From: an uncultured archaeon
GTDB taxonomy: Archaea; Aenigmatarchaeota; Aenigmatarchaeia; PWEA01; JAGHBM01
Assembly (NCBI GenBank): GCA_964640225.1
Contig: CAZXFI010000001.1
Coordinates: forward strand, 119,321-183,320
Direction of reading: 5' to 3'
DNA length: 64,000 nucleotides
In this document: piece after piece, positions 18,909 through 28,027 of the stretch
Position numbering within the stretch: the first letter of the stretch is position 1
Layout of the letters: every line of letters starts with the position of its first letter
Program-made: the position numbers and the translations under genes
Notes under the pieces: generated by a model
The model's input: only the letters and a program-made list of their open reading frames with translations
Databases searched by the model: none
What the model was told of the DNA's origin: nothing

Positions 18909-19325
18909 ATGTACGAATTCATAGAAGACCTGACCTCAGACGTGATGTTCGTGGCCGAGGCCCCGGACCTAGCTTCGCTTCTAGAGGAGTCCGCCAGGGC
19001 CCTTTTTGACGTGGTTTGCAACCGCAAGGCCGTAGAACCAAAAGAGAATGTACGGATTGTAGTAGAAGCCGAAACTCCTGAAAAACTCCTGTACGAATGG
19101 TTGTCACGGCTGCTCACCGAGTCTGATTCCAACGAGCTTTTCTTTTCAGAATTTCAAGTCTCTGTTTCGGAGCAGGATGGCAAGCTCGTGGCCAGGGGCG
19201 AGGCTTTGGGAGAACCTTACTCACAAGAGAAAAGCGGAACAGTGGTCAAGGGCATAACCCTGTACGGCTTTGAGGTGGAAAAAACAGAAAAGGGCTACAG
19301 GGCAAGGGTGGCCTGCGATATCTGA
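18909..19325 (+). CDS. Archease (RtcB activator)
   Basis: MYEFIEDLTSDVMFVAEAP...LFDVV matches the archease family. The start was taken at the internal Met of the track ORF (18897). Confidence 0.8.
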   Translation: MYEFIEDLTSDVMFVAEAPDLASLLEESARALFDVVCNRKAVEPKENVRIVVEAETPEKLLYEWLSRLLTESDSNELFFSEFQVSVSEQDGKLVARGEALGEPYSQEKSGTVVKGITLYGFEVEKTEKGYRARVACDI

Positions 19326-19332
19326 TGTTAAT

Positions 19333-20289
19333 TCAAATCACACCGCTTTCATCAATCGAGAACAGGTTATGTTCCGAATCCAGTGAGGCTTCGACGCACA
19401 AAGGAACTGTTATCATCGGGTCAGTATGACCGATATCCACTTCAGTTAGTACAGGAATGTCAATATTTTTCACGTGTTTGGTAATTATTTTCCGAAGTTT
19501 TATCCTTTCTTCTCTGCTGTATCCGTACCCTCTTCCAACTACAAGCCCCTTTATTACGTCAAAAACACCGTGATTTATCAAGTCCGTTATCTCAGAATCA
19601 ACGTACTCCAAAGGCTCTCCTTTCGTGAAATCCTGACCCTCCGGTATATCCAGAAAGAGTATTTTGTTTTTGTAATTAAGTTCAAATTTTGTTCCATTTA
19701 ATTTAATGATGGACGGTAGGCATCCTCCGACTATCTGACCTTTGACCGAACCGGGATTGACCCATACGAATCCGTTATTTGTATTCATTTTTCTTGGCCT
19801 CTTGGTATCTTCTTTTCTGGACCAATCTAAGTTCTCGTCTGTCCACTCCCTTGAAGGTTCTATCCTCCCGACTTCCTGTGAAAGACATCTCAAAAAGTAT
19901 TTCATTGTATAATCAATCGGTCTCGGGAATTCTCCGAACTGGGTCATTGCCGCCGGACCGTAAAATGTCACAAGACCTGCCATTTTATTGAAAGCGTGAT
20001 GAAGTATTGTTATATCAGAATATCCGCAAAATATTTTTGGGTTCTTTCTGATAATACCGTAATCTATACGATTGACAAGCTCATTGGAGGAAAGTCCTCC
20101 TATATTACATACTATAGCTTTGACTTCGGTATCCGAGAAACAATCATGGATATCATCCAGTCTGTTCTGAATTGTCCCTGCTCTTCCGTCTAGAAACGTT
20201 CTTGTAGTTTTAAATTCCCTCGTCTTAAAGCCAAATTCCTTGATAGCTTTTTCGGCATTGTCGATTCTATGCTGAAAAAGTCCGCCCAA
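19333..20289 (-). CDS. LD-carboxypeptidase (peptidase S66, MccF/LdcA family)
   Basis: 318 aa with the S66 fold signature (GYSDITILHHAF, GHTDPMITVP). AT-rich. Confidence 0.7.
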   Translation of the reverse strand: MGGLFQHRIDNAEKAIKEFGFKTREFKTTRTFLDGRAGTIQNRLDDIHDCFSDTEVKAIVCNIGGLSSNELVNRIDYGIIRKNPKIFCGYSDITILHHAFNKMAGLVTFYGPAAMTQFGEFPRPIDYTMKYFLRCLSQEVGRIEPSREWTDENLDWSRKEDTKRPRKMNTNNGFVWVNPGSVKGQIVGGCLPSIIKLNGTKFELNYKNKILFLDIPEGQDFTKGEPLEYVDSEITDLINHGVFDVIKGLVVGRGYGYSREERIKLRKIITKHVKNIDIPVLTEVDIGHTDPMITVPLCVEASLDSEHNLFSIDESGVI

Positions 20290-20396
20290 GCCACTGGAAG
20301 GTGCTATAAAAGCAACAGTATCTCCTTTTTCAAGTTTTTTTGCCTTTAAAATTCAAACCACCTCCATAGATAAATAGAATAAACAAATTAATAACA

Positions 20397-21233
20397 TTAT
20401 TTTTTACCGATTACAAACAAATTGTTTCCTCTTCCAGAGGCATCCTCATTTAAAATCAATTCCTTCTCTATTGAAAAAATTTTTAGGTAGTTTTTGTTTG
20501 AAAGCAGGGTATCTATTTTTTTCGTGGAACCCTTCAATCTGGTCTCTTCGTATCCGGGATATAAAGACACAGGAAACCCGTACACTGATACGTTTTTTAA
20601 CCCGTTCTTTCTATAAATCTCTTTAATTCCGCTTGGTGTAAAAAATTTTATTTCAGGCATATCGTCGCAGAAAACTCCTGTCGATGTTTTAGATATTTTA
20701 TCTGAAGCGGAAATATTACCCTGAGTAAGATTAAAAAAAACTCCATGATACTTGTTAGGTACAACAGATATCAAGTAGCCTCCTTTCTTTAGAACTCTAT
20801 ACATCTCCGAGACAGCCTTCTCTGGGTTACATAAGAATCCCAAAACATTGTATAAATTTATCACGAGATCATATTCGCAATTTCTCTGGTCTATCATATT
20901 TTCAATATTTCCTATCACAATATCTGACCTTTCGTCCAATTTATTATGTTTTATCTTATCTTTTGCCACTCCTGTCATATCTTCCGAAATATCGTATAGA
21001 ATACCTTCGGAATTTTTAAAATTCTCCAAAATTTTAATAAACCACCTTCCCGTCCCGCCACCAGCGTCCAAAAATTTAAATTTTGATGTTTTTCTCATAT
21101 CTTCTAAAGCAAATCTATTTAGCAGGTACCATAGAAGTTTATCAGAAAGATTCCAATATATCTGTTTTTCCACTAGGTCATATTCAGTACACTTTTTTTT
21201 AAAATATTCTATAACATTTTTTTCTGAATACAT
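20397..21233 (-). CDS. Class I SAM-dependent methyltransferase
   Basis: Motif I FLDAGGGTGRWF, with motif II/post-I LYDISEDM. The start was moved to the internal ATG to avoid a 74-nt overlap with the upstream gene. Confidence 0.65.
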   Translation of the reverse strand: MYSEKNVIEYFKKKCTEYDLVEKQIYWNLSDKLLWYLLNRFALEDMRKTSKFKFLDAGGGTGRWFIKILENFKNSEGILYDISEDMTGVAKDKIKHNKLDERSDIVIGNIENMIDQRNCEYDLVINLYNVLGFLCNPEKAVSEMYRVLKKGGYLISVVPNKYHGVFFNLTQGNISASDKISKTSTGVFCDDMPEIKFFTPSGIKEIYRKNGLKNVSVYGFPVSLYPGYEETRLKGSTKKIDTLLSNKNYLKIFSIEKELILNEDASGRGNNLFVIGKK

Positions 21234-21240
21234 AAACCGG

Positions 21241-22377
21241 TTACACCCCCAATTCTTTATGTCCTCTTGGAAATGATGAAACAGACCATATAAAATTAAG
21301 TTTGAGCAAACCATGTATCAGTCTTTCCCAACCCATACCGAATCCTGAAGTTGTTTCGTAGTTGGGCAAAGTTCTGGATATCAAATAGGGTTCATAATCT
21401 TTTCTAGGTAGATTGAAAATTTCAGCTTTATACTCCAGCTCATTTACGGTTCTTACCCTCCGGCCACTGCCAATTATTTCCCTGTATCCCGGCCATATAA
21501 CATCCGCATTCTGGGAAGTTTTTGGGTCTGAACCGTCTACAACAGCGTGATAAAATGAAACCTCTAGTAAAGGGAACTCCTTAATGGCTACGATAGACCC
21601 TAAAATTTCTGTAATCTTTACTTCTTCCCACGGACCAAAATATTTTAAAGTGAATTTTCTGTATTTTTCGTTTCCCGTATGAGTATACAATAAATCCAAT
21701 GCTTCCTTGAAAGTTATTTCCTTTATTTTATTCTTCTTCGACATTGACTTCAATTCAAGCAAATCTTCGTCTGTAATGAAATACAAAAGATCGGGAGAAT
21801 TTTTCTTTATACAGTCCTTTAGAAATTTAGACAAGAGACCCCACAGAATATCCATATTCTGGGACTGATTTACATTGCCTTCATATTCTATGTGATGGAA
21901 TTCAGACAAATGCGTGGAATCTGCCCTTTCCTTTCTAAATGAATTGTAGATGGAAAAAACGTGGCTCAAATTTTTCTGAAGAAGAGTCAGCTCTAGATAA
22001 ATTTGGGAAGATTCGGAAAGAAATACCTTATCGGGCAAGTCGAACCAGTTGAGAGTTATTGGGCAAGTGTCTGTAGTATAATCTATTTTCTCCTTACCAT
22101 AAACAGCGCCTGGAGACGATATCATTCTGGTTGTCAGCGGAAGTGGTACAAATGTAGCACCCATTCCATCGAAATACTCTACCGACGAGATGAACAATCT
22201 ACTGTTTATTCTGGATAAGTGTGACCACACCCCATTTTCTGGAAAATCTTTTACTCTTTTCAGAACTTCGCTTGAGGCCGGATACGAGTAATTTGAAACA
22301 TTCTTTAGAGAATTAAAGATTTTATTTCCCCTGTAAGATATGGTACCGTCATTGTTTGCGGTGTACGGGCCTAACAT
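21241..22377 (-). CDS. Class IIb aaRS catalytic-core paralog (AsnRS/AspRS/AsnA-like) lacking an N-terminal anticodon-binding domain
   Basis: 378 aa. Motif 2-like FRKERADSTHLSEFHHIEYE and motif 3-like TSGFGMGWERL are present. Only about 50 aa precede motif 1, so there is no OB-fold. AT-rich. Confidence 0.6.
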   Translation of the reverse strand: MLGPYTANNDGTISYRGNKIFNSLKNVSNYSYPASSEVLKRVKDFPENGVWSHLSRINSRLFISSVEYFDGMGATFVPLPLTTRMISSPGAVYGKEKIDYTTDTCPITLNWFDLPDKVFLSESSQIYLELTLLQKNLSHVFSIYNSFRKERADSTHLSEFHHIEYEGNVNQSQNMDILWGLLSKFLKDCIKKNSPDLLYFITDEDLLELKSMSKKNKIKEITFKEALDLLYTHTGNEKYRKFTLKYFGPWEEVKITEILGSIVAIKEFPLLEVSFYHAVVDGSDPKTSQNADVIWPGYREIIGSGRRVRTVNELEYKAEIFNLPRKDYEPYLISRTLPNYETTSGFGMGWERLIHGLLKLNFIWSVSSFPRGHKELGV

Positions 22378-22397
22378 ACAATGTGTTAATTTTTATA

Positions 22398-23624
22398 CTA
22401 TAAATTTTCAATTTCAGATATTATGGCGCTTTCTGGAATAGTCTTGCTACTGTTTCCTTTTCTAAAAACGACAGAATTAGTCTCCAATTCCTTATCGCCA
22501 ACTATAATCATTCTGGGAACTCCTATATCATCATATGTCTTGATTTTTTCTCCCATAGTTTTTTTTCTGTCTTCCCAAACGACATCAAATCCGTTGTTTT
22601 TCATTTCTTGGTGTATCTCTCCGCATTTTTTTTCCTGGGCAATTGTATTGTTGACGGAAAACACTACAACGTCATAAGGCACTAATTCATTTGGCCATTT
22701 TATACCAAATCCGCTTCTGTTTTGTTCAGCAACTGAATGTAATATTCTTGAGACACCTAAAGCATAAGTTCCGAGATGAAAGTAATTTTTGTTGAAATTG
22801 CTATCTTGAAACTGCGCGTTAAATTTAAGGGAATACCTGTCGTTCTCTTTCATTATACATCCAAGTTCTATTCCCTGAGATATGATAAATTTTTCGTTGC
22901 ATCCATCACAAAAGTTTTCGTCCCTGTAAATAATTTTCTTGCCGCAGTCGCAAGAACCTATTTTAGTATCTCCCTCGTCAGAAATCGATAGGAATGTTGT
23001 ATAACCATCCCTTTTTTCAAGTGCTATTGTCTCCAAATCCAGACGAGAGAAAATTCTGTCGAATGTTTCAAAAAATAACGAAGAACTTTCGTCCAAACCT
23101 TCCTTACTTGAATCTATACTATAAGATTCCAGCATTCTAAAAACATTTGTCCTAACTATACCATGCTTCGCCCCCTTATCATCTCTAAATTTGTCGGCAA
23201 TCTGATAAAAACGGGTCGGCAACTGTTTATAAGAATGTATTAAATTTTTAGCAATCGTCGTGGCAACTTCTTCGTTTGTGGGAGATAGCACATATCTGGA
23301 ATCTCCTATGCCATATCTACCTTTAGTAAAAATCATCGATTTATTGAATTGTTCGTCTCTGCCGCTTTTTTCCCAGTAGAAATAAGGTTGCAAAGGCGGT
23401 AAATATATTTCCTGTATATCACTCTTTCCCATCTCTTCCCTCATGATTTTTTCCAGTTTGTTGATTATTTTTTGCCCGATTGGAAAATACGAATACATTT
23501 TATGGTCATCGAACGGGTAATTTATAATTGAAATTTTTTCTAAAAGTTCGTATGTAGACGGCTCTTTGATATCGTTTATTTTCTTCTCTGACCAGAGCAT
23601 TCTCGATGCCCTCATATTTACCAT
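22398..23624 (-). CDS. Compact bacterial-type prolyl-tRNA synthetase-like protein (class IIa, no INS editing domain)
   Basis: 408 aa. There is strong collinearity with the bacterial ProRS catalytic domain (LSPTNEEV..., YKQLPTRFYQIADKFRDD, VRTNVFRMLESYS) and a class IIa anticodon-binding C-terminus. AT-rich. Confidence 0.65.
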   Translation of the reverse strand: MVNMRASRMLWSEKKINDIKEPSTYELLEKISIINYPFDDHKMYSYFPIGQKIINKLEKIMREEMGKSDIQEIYLPPLQPYFYWEKSGRDEQFNKSMIFTKGRYGIGDSRYVLSPTNEEVATTIAKNLIHSYKQLPTRFYQIADKFRDDKGAKHGIVRTNVFRMLESYSIDSSKEGLDESSSLFFETFDRIFSRLDLETIALEKRDGYTTFLSISDEGDTKIGSCDCGKKIIYRDENFCDGCNEKFIISQGIELGCIMKENDRYSLKFNAQFQDSNFNKNYFHLGTYALGVSRILHSVAEQNRSGFGIKWPNELVPYDVVVFSVNNTIAQEKKCGEIHQEMKNNGFDVVWEDRKKTMGEKIKTYDDIGVPRMIIVGDKELETNSVVFRKGNSSKTIPESAIISEIENL

Positions 23625-23739
23625 ATAAAAATGATTACAAAATCTATTTATTCTTTAGAAATACTTTATTAGTATCGCGTGTGCCCGGCATTGAGATGCA
23701 AACGGGCGCAGGCTTTTTTCTGCGCTTAGTTTCATGTAG

Positions 23740-25194
23740 GTGATGTTTATGAAAGACAAGATGGAAAAAATCAGCGAAGTCAAGTGGAGAATCCCCAAGA
23801 GCTTCAGGAAGGAAATGCGGACCGACTGCATGGTTTACGGGAACGAATACGTAATAAAGCAGGTGGAGGAGGACGCGCTCCGCCAGCTGACAAACGTGGC
23901 CTGCCTTCCCGGGGTAGTTGAGCCCGTGATAGGTGCCCCGGACATACACTTCGGCTACGGCCTTCCCATGGGGGCCGTGGGGGCCTTTGACAAGGACGAG
24001 GGAGTTATATCTGCCGGATGCACGGGGTTTGACATAAACTGCGGCATTCGCATGATTAAAACAAACCTCACCAAAGATGAGGTCCGGAAAAGGATACGCA
24101 TACTTATAGACGTCCTGTTCCGCAACGTGCCATGCGGAGTCGGGGCAAAGGGAAAGCTCCGCCTCAATTACGACCAGCTGGAAGAGGTGCTTACCCGGGG
24201 TGCCGGGTGGGCCCTGGACAACGGCTACGCGGTAGAGGAGGACCTGGAGCACATGGAGGAGAACGGGTGCATGGAAGGGGCCGACCCGGAGAAGGTAAGC
24301 GACTCCGCCATGAAAAGGGGGCTACCGCAACTGGGAACCTTGGGCGCGGGAAACCACTTCCTTGAGGTACAGGCCGTGGACGAAATCTTCGACGAAGAGA
24401 CTGCCAGGGCCTTCGGCCTGGAAAATCCCGGGCAAGTCGTTATTATGCTCCACTGCGGCTCGCGCGGCTTCGGCCACCAGGTGGCCTCGGACTACCTGAA
24501 GGTTCACGAGAAGGCCGCCAAAAAGTACAAAATCTGGCTGCCGGACCCCCAGCTCGTGTGCGCCCCCACCACCTCAGAGGAGGGCCAGGACTACTATTCC
24601 GCTATGAAATGCGCCGTGAACTACGCCTTCACCAACAGGACCGTGATGACCAAGTGGATAAGGGACTCATTTGAGGAGGTTTTTGACCGGGAGTGGGAGG
24701 ACATGGACATGCGCACGATTTACGACGTGTGCCACAATATATGCAAGAAAGAGAAGCACAAAATTGAGGGCAAGGAAAAGGAGCTTTACGTTCACAGGAA
24801 GGGTTCAACCCGCGCACTTCCTCCGGGCCACCCGCTGAACCCGAAGTCCTACGCAAAAACGGGACACCCGGTGCTTATAGCGGGCTCAATGGGCACCGCA
24901 TCCTACATACTCGTGGGAAGCAACAAGTCCGAGGAAAGTTTTTACAGCACGTGCCACGGCGCGGGCCGCGTCATGTCAAGGCACCAGGCCCTCAAAACGT
25001 TTTTCGGGGAAAAGGTAAAGCAGGAGCTCATGGACAAGCAGAAGATTTACGCAAAGGCCACCCACGGCAAGGTCCTCTCCGAGGAGGCCCCCGGCGTTTA
25101 CAAGAACATAGACCAGGTGATAGAGTCTGTGCACCAAGCCGGAATCTCCCTGAAGGTGGCCAGGATGGTACCCTTGGGAGTGGCCAAGGGATAA
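23740..25194 (+). CDS. rtcB: tRNA-splicing ligase RtcB
   Basis: 484 aa with the conserved RtcB metal and GTP-binding motifs (GFDINCG, HCGSRGFGHQV, NHF). Confidence 0.9.
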   Translation: MMFMKDKMEKISEVKWRIPKSFRKEMRTDCMVYGNEYVIKQVEEDALRQLTNVACLPGVVEPVIGAPDIHFGYGLPMGAVGAFDKDEGVISAGCTGFDINCGIRMIKTNLTKDEVRKRIRILIDVLFRNVPCGVGAKGKLRLNYDQLEEVLTRGAGWALDNGYAVEEDLEHMEENGCMEGADPEKVSDSAMKRGLPQLGTLGAGNHFLEVQAVDEIFDEETARAFGLENPGQVVIMLHCGSRGFGHQVASDYLKVHEKAAKKYKIWLPDPQLVCAPTTSEEGQDYYSAMKCAVNYAFTNRTVMTKWIRDSFEEVFDREWEDMDMRTIYDVCHNICKKEKHKIEGKEKELYVHRKGSTRALPPGHPLNPKSYAKTGHPVLIAGSMGTASYILVGSNKSEESFYSTCHGAGRVMSRHQALKTFFGEKVKQELMDKQKIYAKATHGKVLSEEAPGVYKNIDQVIESVHQAGISLKVARMVPLGVAKG

Positions 25195-25341
25195 ATAAGA
25201 AACGTGTTTAAACTTACTTAAATAAAAGATTAATAGAAACGAACAATTATTTAAGTTTTATAATTTATTATTAAACGAGGTGGTTTTATTAACGACCCGA
25301 GTTATTCATATCAGTTAAATAAAAGAAATGGAAAAGACGTA

Positions 25342-25410
25342 ATGAAAATTTACGGCTCCTTTGAGGGGGGATTTGACGGTTGTGGAAGCCATACACATGG
25401 ATTTAGTTAG
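25342..25410 (+). CDS. Candidate 22-aa Cys/Gly-rich precursor peptide (MKIYGSFEGGFDGCGSHTHGFS)
   Basis: Small ORF found by eye 18 nt upstream of the radical-SAM/SPASM gene on the same strand. There is no homology support. Confidence 0.25.
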   Translation: MKIYGSFEGGFDGCGSHTHGFS

Positions 25411-25428
25411 TTATTTTAAAGTGAACTT

Positions 25429-26769
25429 ATGAATAGTCCGTGGTTTGAAAAAAAATATTCCAAATTAGTTGAAAATGTAATTCCATTAATATTAAAAGTG
25501 AAAAATAAAGATTATAGAGTTTTTTTGGATTCAAGTACAGGAGCTTGGGTTTATTCCTCTTTGAATAAAAATAAAGACAATTTTACTGAAGCTGAAAAGG
25601 AATTTTTGTATAAAAGAGGTATGGTAAAAGATAAAGAAGGTAATTATGTAGAAATAGAAAGACCTAAAATACAAAAATGCTCTCCTTCCAGCTTTGTACT
25701 GAACCTTACTTTAAATTGTAACTTAAGTTGCAAATATTGTTTTGCTGAAGCTTCAACCGATTTTAAAAAACCGAATATTATTAAAGAAGATGTAATAAAA
25801 AGAACCGTGGATGAGATTTCAAAGGTACCGCATAAAAGAGTTAGGTTAGAATTTCAAGGAGGGGAGCCGCTAATCGCAAAGGATAGTCTCTTTTTTGCAT
25901 TAAATTACGCAAAAGAAAAAATAAAAAGCAAATCTATAACGTTCGGAATGGAAACTAATGGTACATTAATTGATGAAGAAACTGTTAAATTATTAGAAAA
26001 ATTTAATTTTACAATTGGTATAAGTATAGATGGTCCTGAGAAAATTCATGACCTAGCCCGTGTATACCCCAACGGAAAGGGTAGCTTTCAAGAAACAGAA
26101 GCTGGATTAGATTTACTTATAAAATCAAAAAAACTCAAAGAAAAACTAGGTTCTATAGTAGTAGTAGGTAAACATAATTGTAATAGACCAAAGGAAGTTG
26201 TTGAATATTTTAATAAAAAAAATATTACATTTAAACCCATACCCGCTAATCCTGCCGGTAGAGCAACAGAAAATATTGTAGCTACTTCAGAAGAATATTA
26301 TAACTTTTTTATAAAAGCGTATGAATATAGTGAAAAATTAAAATTAAAAAATATAATGTCTTATGTTTTCAATATGAATGTTTATACTCCCTTAAGGGAC
26401 TATATATGCCTAAGGTCTCCTTGTGGTATGGGTAATGAGATAATATCAATAAATCCCGATGGTTCTGTAAGACCTTGTGATGGATTTAAATCAAACCCTG
26501 AATTTGAAATTGGTAATATTTTAAATGAAGACCTCTCTGATATATACTCTAAAGAAAAAACCAAAAAATTATCTTCTAGAAGTTTTAAAGATATAGAAAA
26601 ATGCTCAAAATGTAATTTCAAAGGAATGTGTGGTCCTTGTGCGTATGCTTCTTATGGTCTTTTTGGAAGTATATACAGAGAAGATCCAAAATGTCTAGCC
26701 AAAAGAAAAATTTTCATATATTTAATGAAAAGATATATAGAAAGGTCAGAAAATAAAAAACGTGATTAA
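25429..26769 (+). CDS. Radical SAM enzyme with C-terminal SPASM domain and an N-terminal RRE-like extension of about 95 aa
   Basis: CNLSCKYC (CxxxCxxC) at about residue 100. C-terminal Cys cluster CSKCNFKGMCGPCAYAS. AT-rich. Confidence 0.75.
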   Translation: MNSPWFEKKYSKLVENVIPLILKVKNKDYRVFLDSSTGAWVYSSLNKNKDNFTEAEKEFLYKRGMVKDKEGNYVEIERPKIQKCSPSSFVLNLTLNCNLSCKYCFAEASTDFKKPNIIKEDVIKRTVDEISKVPHKRVRLEFQGGEPLIAKDSLFFALNYAKEKIKSKSITFGMETNGTLIDEETVKLLEKFNFTIGISIDGPEKIHDLARVYPNGKGSFQETEAGLDLLIKSKKLKEKLGSIVVVGKHNCNRPKEVVEYFNKKNITFKPIPANPAGRATENIVATSEEYYNFFIKAYEYSEKLKLKNIMSYVFNMNVYTPLRDYICLRSPCGMGNEIISINPDGSVRPCDGFKSNPEFEIGNILNEDLSDIYSKEKTKKLSSRSFKDIEKCSKCNFKGMCGPCAYASYGLFGSIYREDPKCLAKRKIFIYLMKRYIERSENKKRD

Positions 26770-27333
26770 ATGAAGAACACTATTATTTTTGATATGAACT
26801 CTACACTTGATAATGATTCAGAAATGGAGATAAATATAATATCAGAAATCATAAAAAATAAAAATCCAATGAAAATATATGTTGAATTGGTTAGGAACGA
26901 TTTAAAGCATCCCGACTGGGACTACAAGGAAATAGTTGAAAAAACCTTTGAAAAATACGTTGAAGACCCTCAAAAATCCGCTGAATTTTTCATAAAAAAC
27001 AAGAAAGTGCGTGTGAGAAAATTCTTTGTTGACTTTATTAATGAAAATTTTAAAAAATACAGATTTTTTGTGGTGTCAAAAGAAAACGAGGAATTGGTGA
27101 AAGCAAAGCTTAAAGAGGCCGATTTACTGGACAAATTTGAGGGTGTATTTAGAATACAGAAGCCTTCTGTGGAAGGACTTGAAAAAATACTTTTGAAAAA
27201 CAATATAAAACCAAGTGAATGTACGTTCGTTGGGGATGACCCGCTGTTGGATTTATTGCCTGCCAAAGCCCTCGGGATGAAAACCGTTCTCGTAAATTCT
27301 TTCGTTGATGAAACATGGAAAATAGAAAAATAA
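26770..27333 (+). CDS. HAD-superfamily hydrolase-like protein
   Basis: C-terminal FVGDDPLLDLLPAKALGMKTVLV resembles HAD motifs III/IV. 187 aa. Confidence 0.4.
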   Translation: MKNTIIFDMNSTLDNDSEMEINIISEIIKNKNPMKIYVELVRNDLKHPDWDYKEIVEKTFEKYVEDPQKSAEFFIKNKKVRVRKFFVDFINENFKKYRFFVVSKENEELVKAKLKEADLLDKFEGVFRIQKPSVEGLEKILLKNNIKPSECTFVGDDPLLDLLPAKALGMKTVLVNSFVDETWKIEK

Positions 27334-27887
27334 TAATTGAAAAAATCTATACTAATAAATTAAATACATTTATTAAAGGAGATATTTTTTCTGGAAAAAC
27401 TTATTTTTTATCTGAAATACTAGATTATATTCAAGATAAAAAAGAAAGGGTTTTTTATATTGATACTACAACGGAGGAAAATGAAAAATCTCTGATTAAC
27501 CAGAGGGAATTAAAATCCTTAAAAATAACTGATAAAATAAAAGAAAGTGAAATTCTCAACAACATTAACTCAAACTTTATAGACATTTCATATAATCTAG
27601 AAAGAAATTTGGAGTTTTTAGAAAAGGGTGATAATGAAAATGCAGAAAAATATAGAAAAAAACAAAAAACTATTTTAAACAATTTAATTTCAATTTTTAA
27701 TAATCAAGAAAATTTATTTCTATTGTTTGATGAAGTAGATATATCACCATATGATTTATCAAATAAAAATGTGTATATCGCTACTGGGCATAAGGAAACG
27801 GAAAATGAAAAATTTGATATAACATTGGAGCTAGAAAAAACGAAAATAGTTAATGTAAACCAAAATGGTTTGAAGAATCTCGCCTGA
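27315..27887 (+). CDS. Small P-loop NTPase
   Basis: Walker A GDIFSGKT and Walker B LFLLFDEVD. 190 aa. Confidence 0.4.
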   Translation: MENRKIIIEKIYTNKLNTFIKGDIFSGKTYFLSEILDYIQDKKERVFYIDTTTEENEKSLINQRELKSLKITDKIKESEILNNINSNFIDISYNLERNLEFLEKGDNENAEKYRKKQKTILNNLISIFNNQENLFLLFDEVDISPYDLSNKNVYIATGHKETENEKFDITLELEKTKIVNVNQNGLKNLA

Positions 27888-28027
27888 AGTCCTCATCCGT
27901 TGCCGGCCTCATCACTAATCAGATGGTCTTTTGCACGTAGAACCAGTTTTGGCGTCCCCCTAAACCACGATGCCTCTAGATAAAATCAGTTTCTGCTAAG
28001 GTTTAGAGTCTTAAAATCAATTTAGAA

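Noticed and set aside
23713-23737. GC hairpin GCGCAG-GCTTTTTT-CTGCGC just upstream of rtcB
   Set aside because: It resembles a terminator, but no gene ends on the appropriate strand nearby. It lies at the AT-rich/GC-rich junction and is more likely an incidental or boundary structure. Not called.
23644-24252. 202-aa minus-strand ORF and other antisense ORFs inside rtcB (23955-24167, 24132-24365, 24322-24507, 24629-24856, 24951-25211)
   Set aside because: All lie within or antisense to the strongly supported RtcB gene. They are typical GC-rich antisense open frames. The same reasoning applies to the many antisense ORFs inside gatE, the pilus-locus genes, argS, pgk, gap and others.
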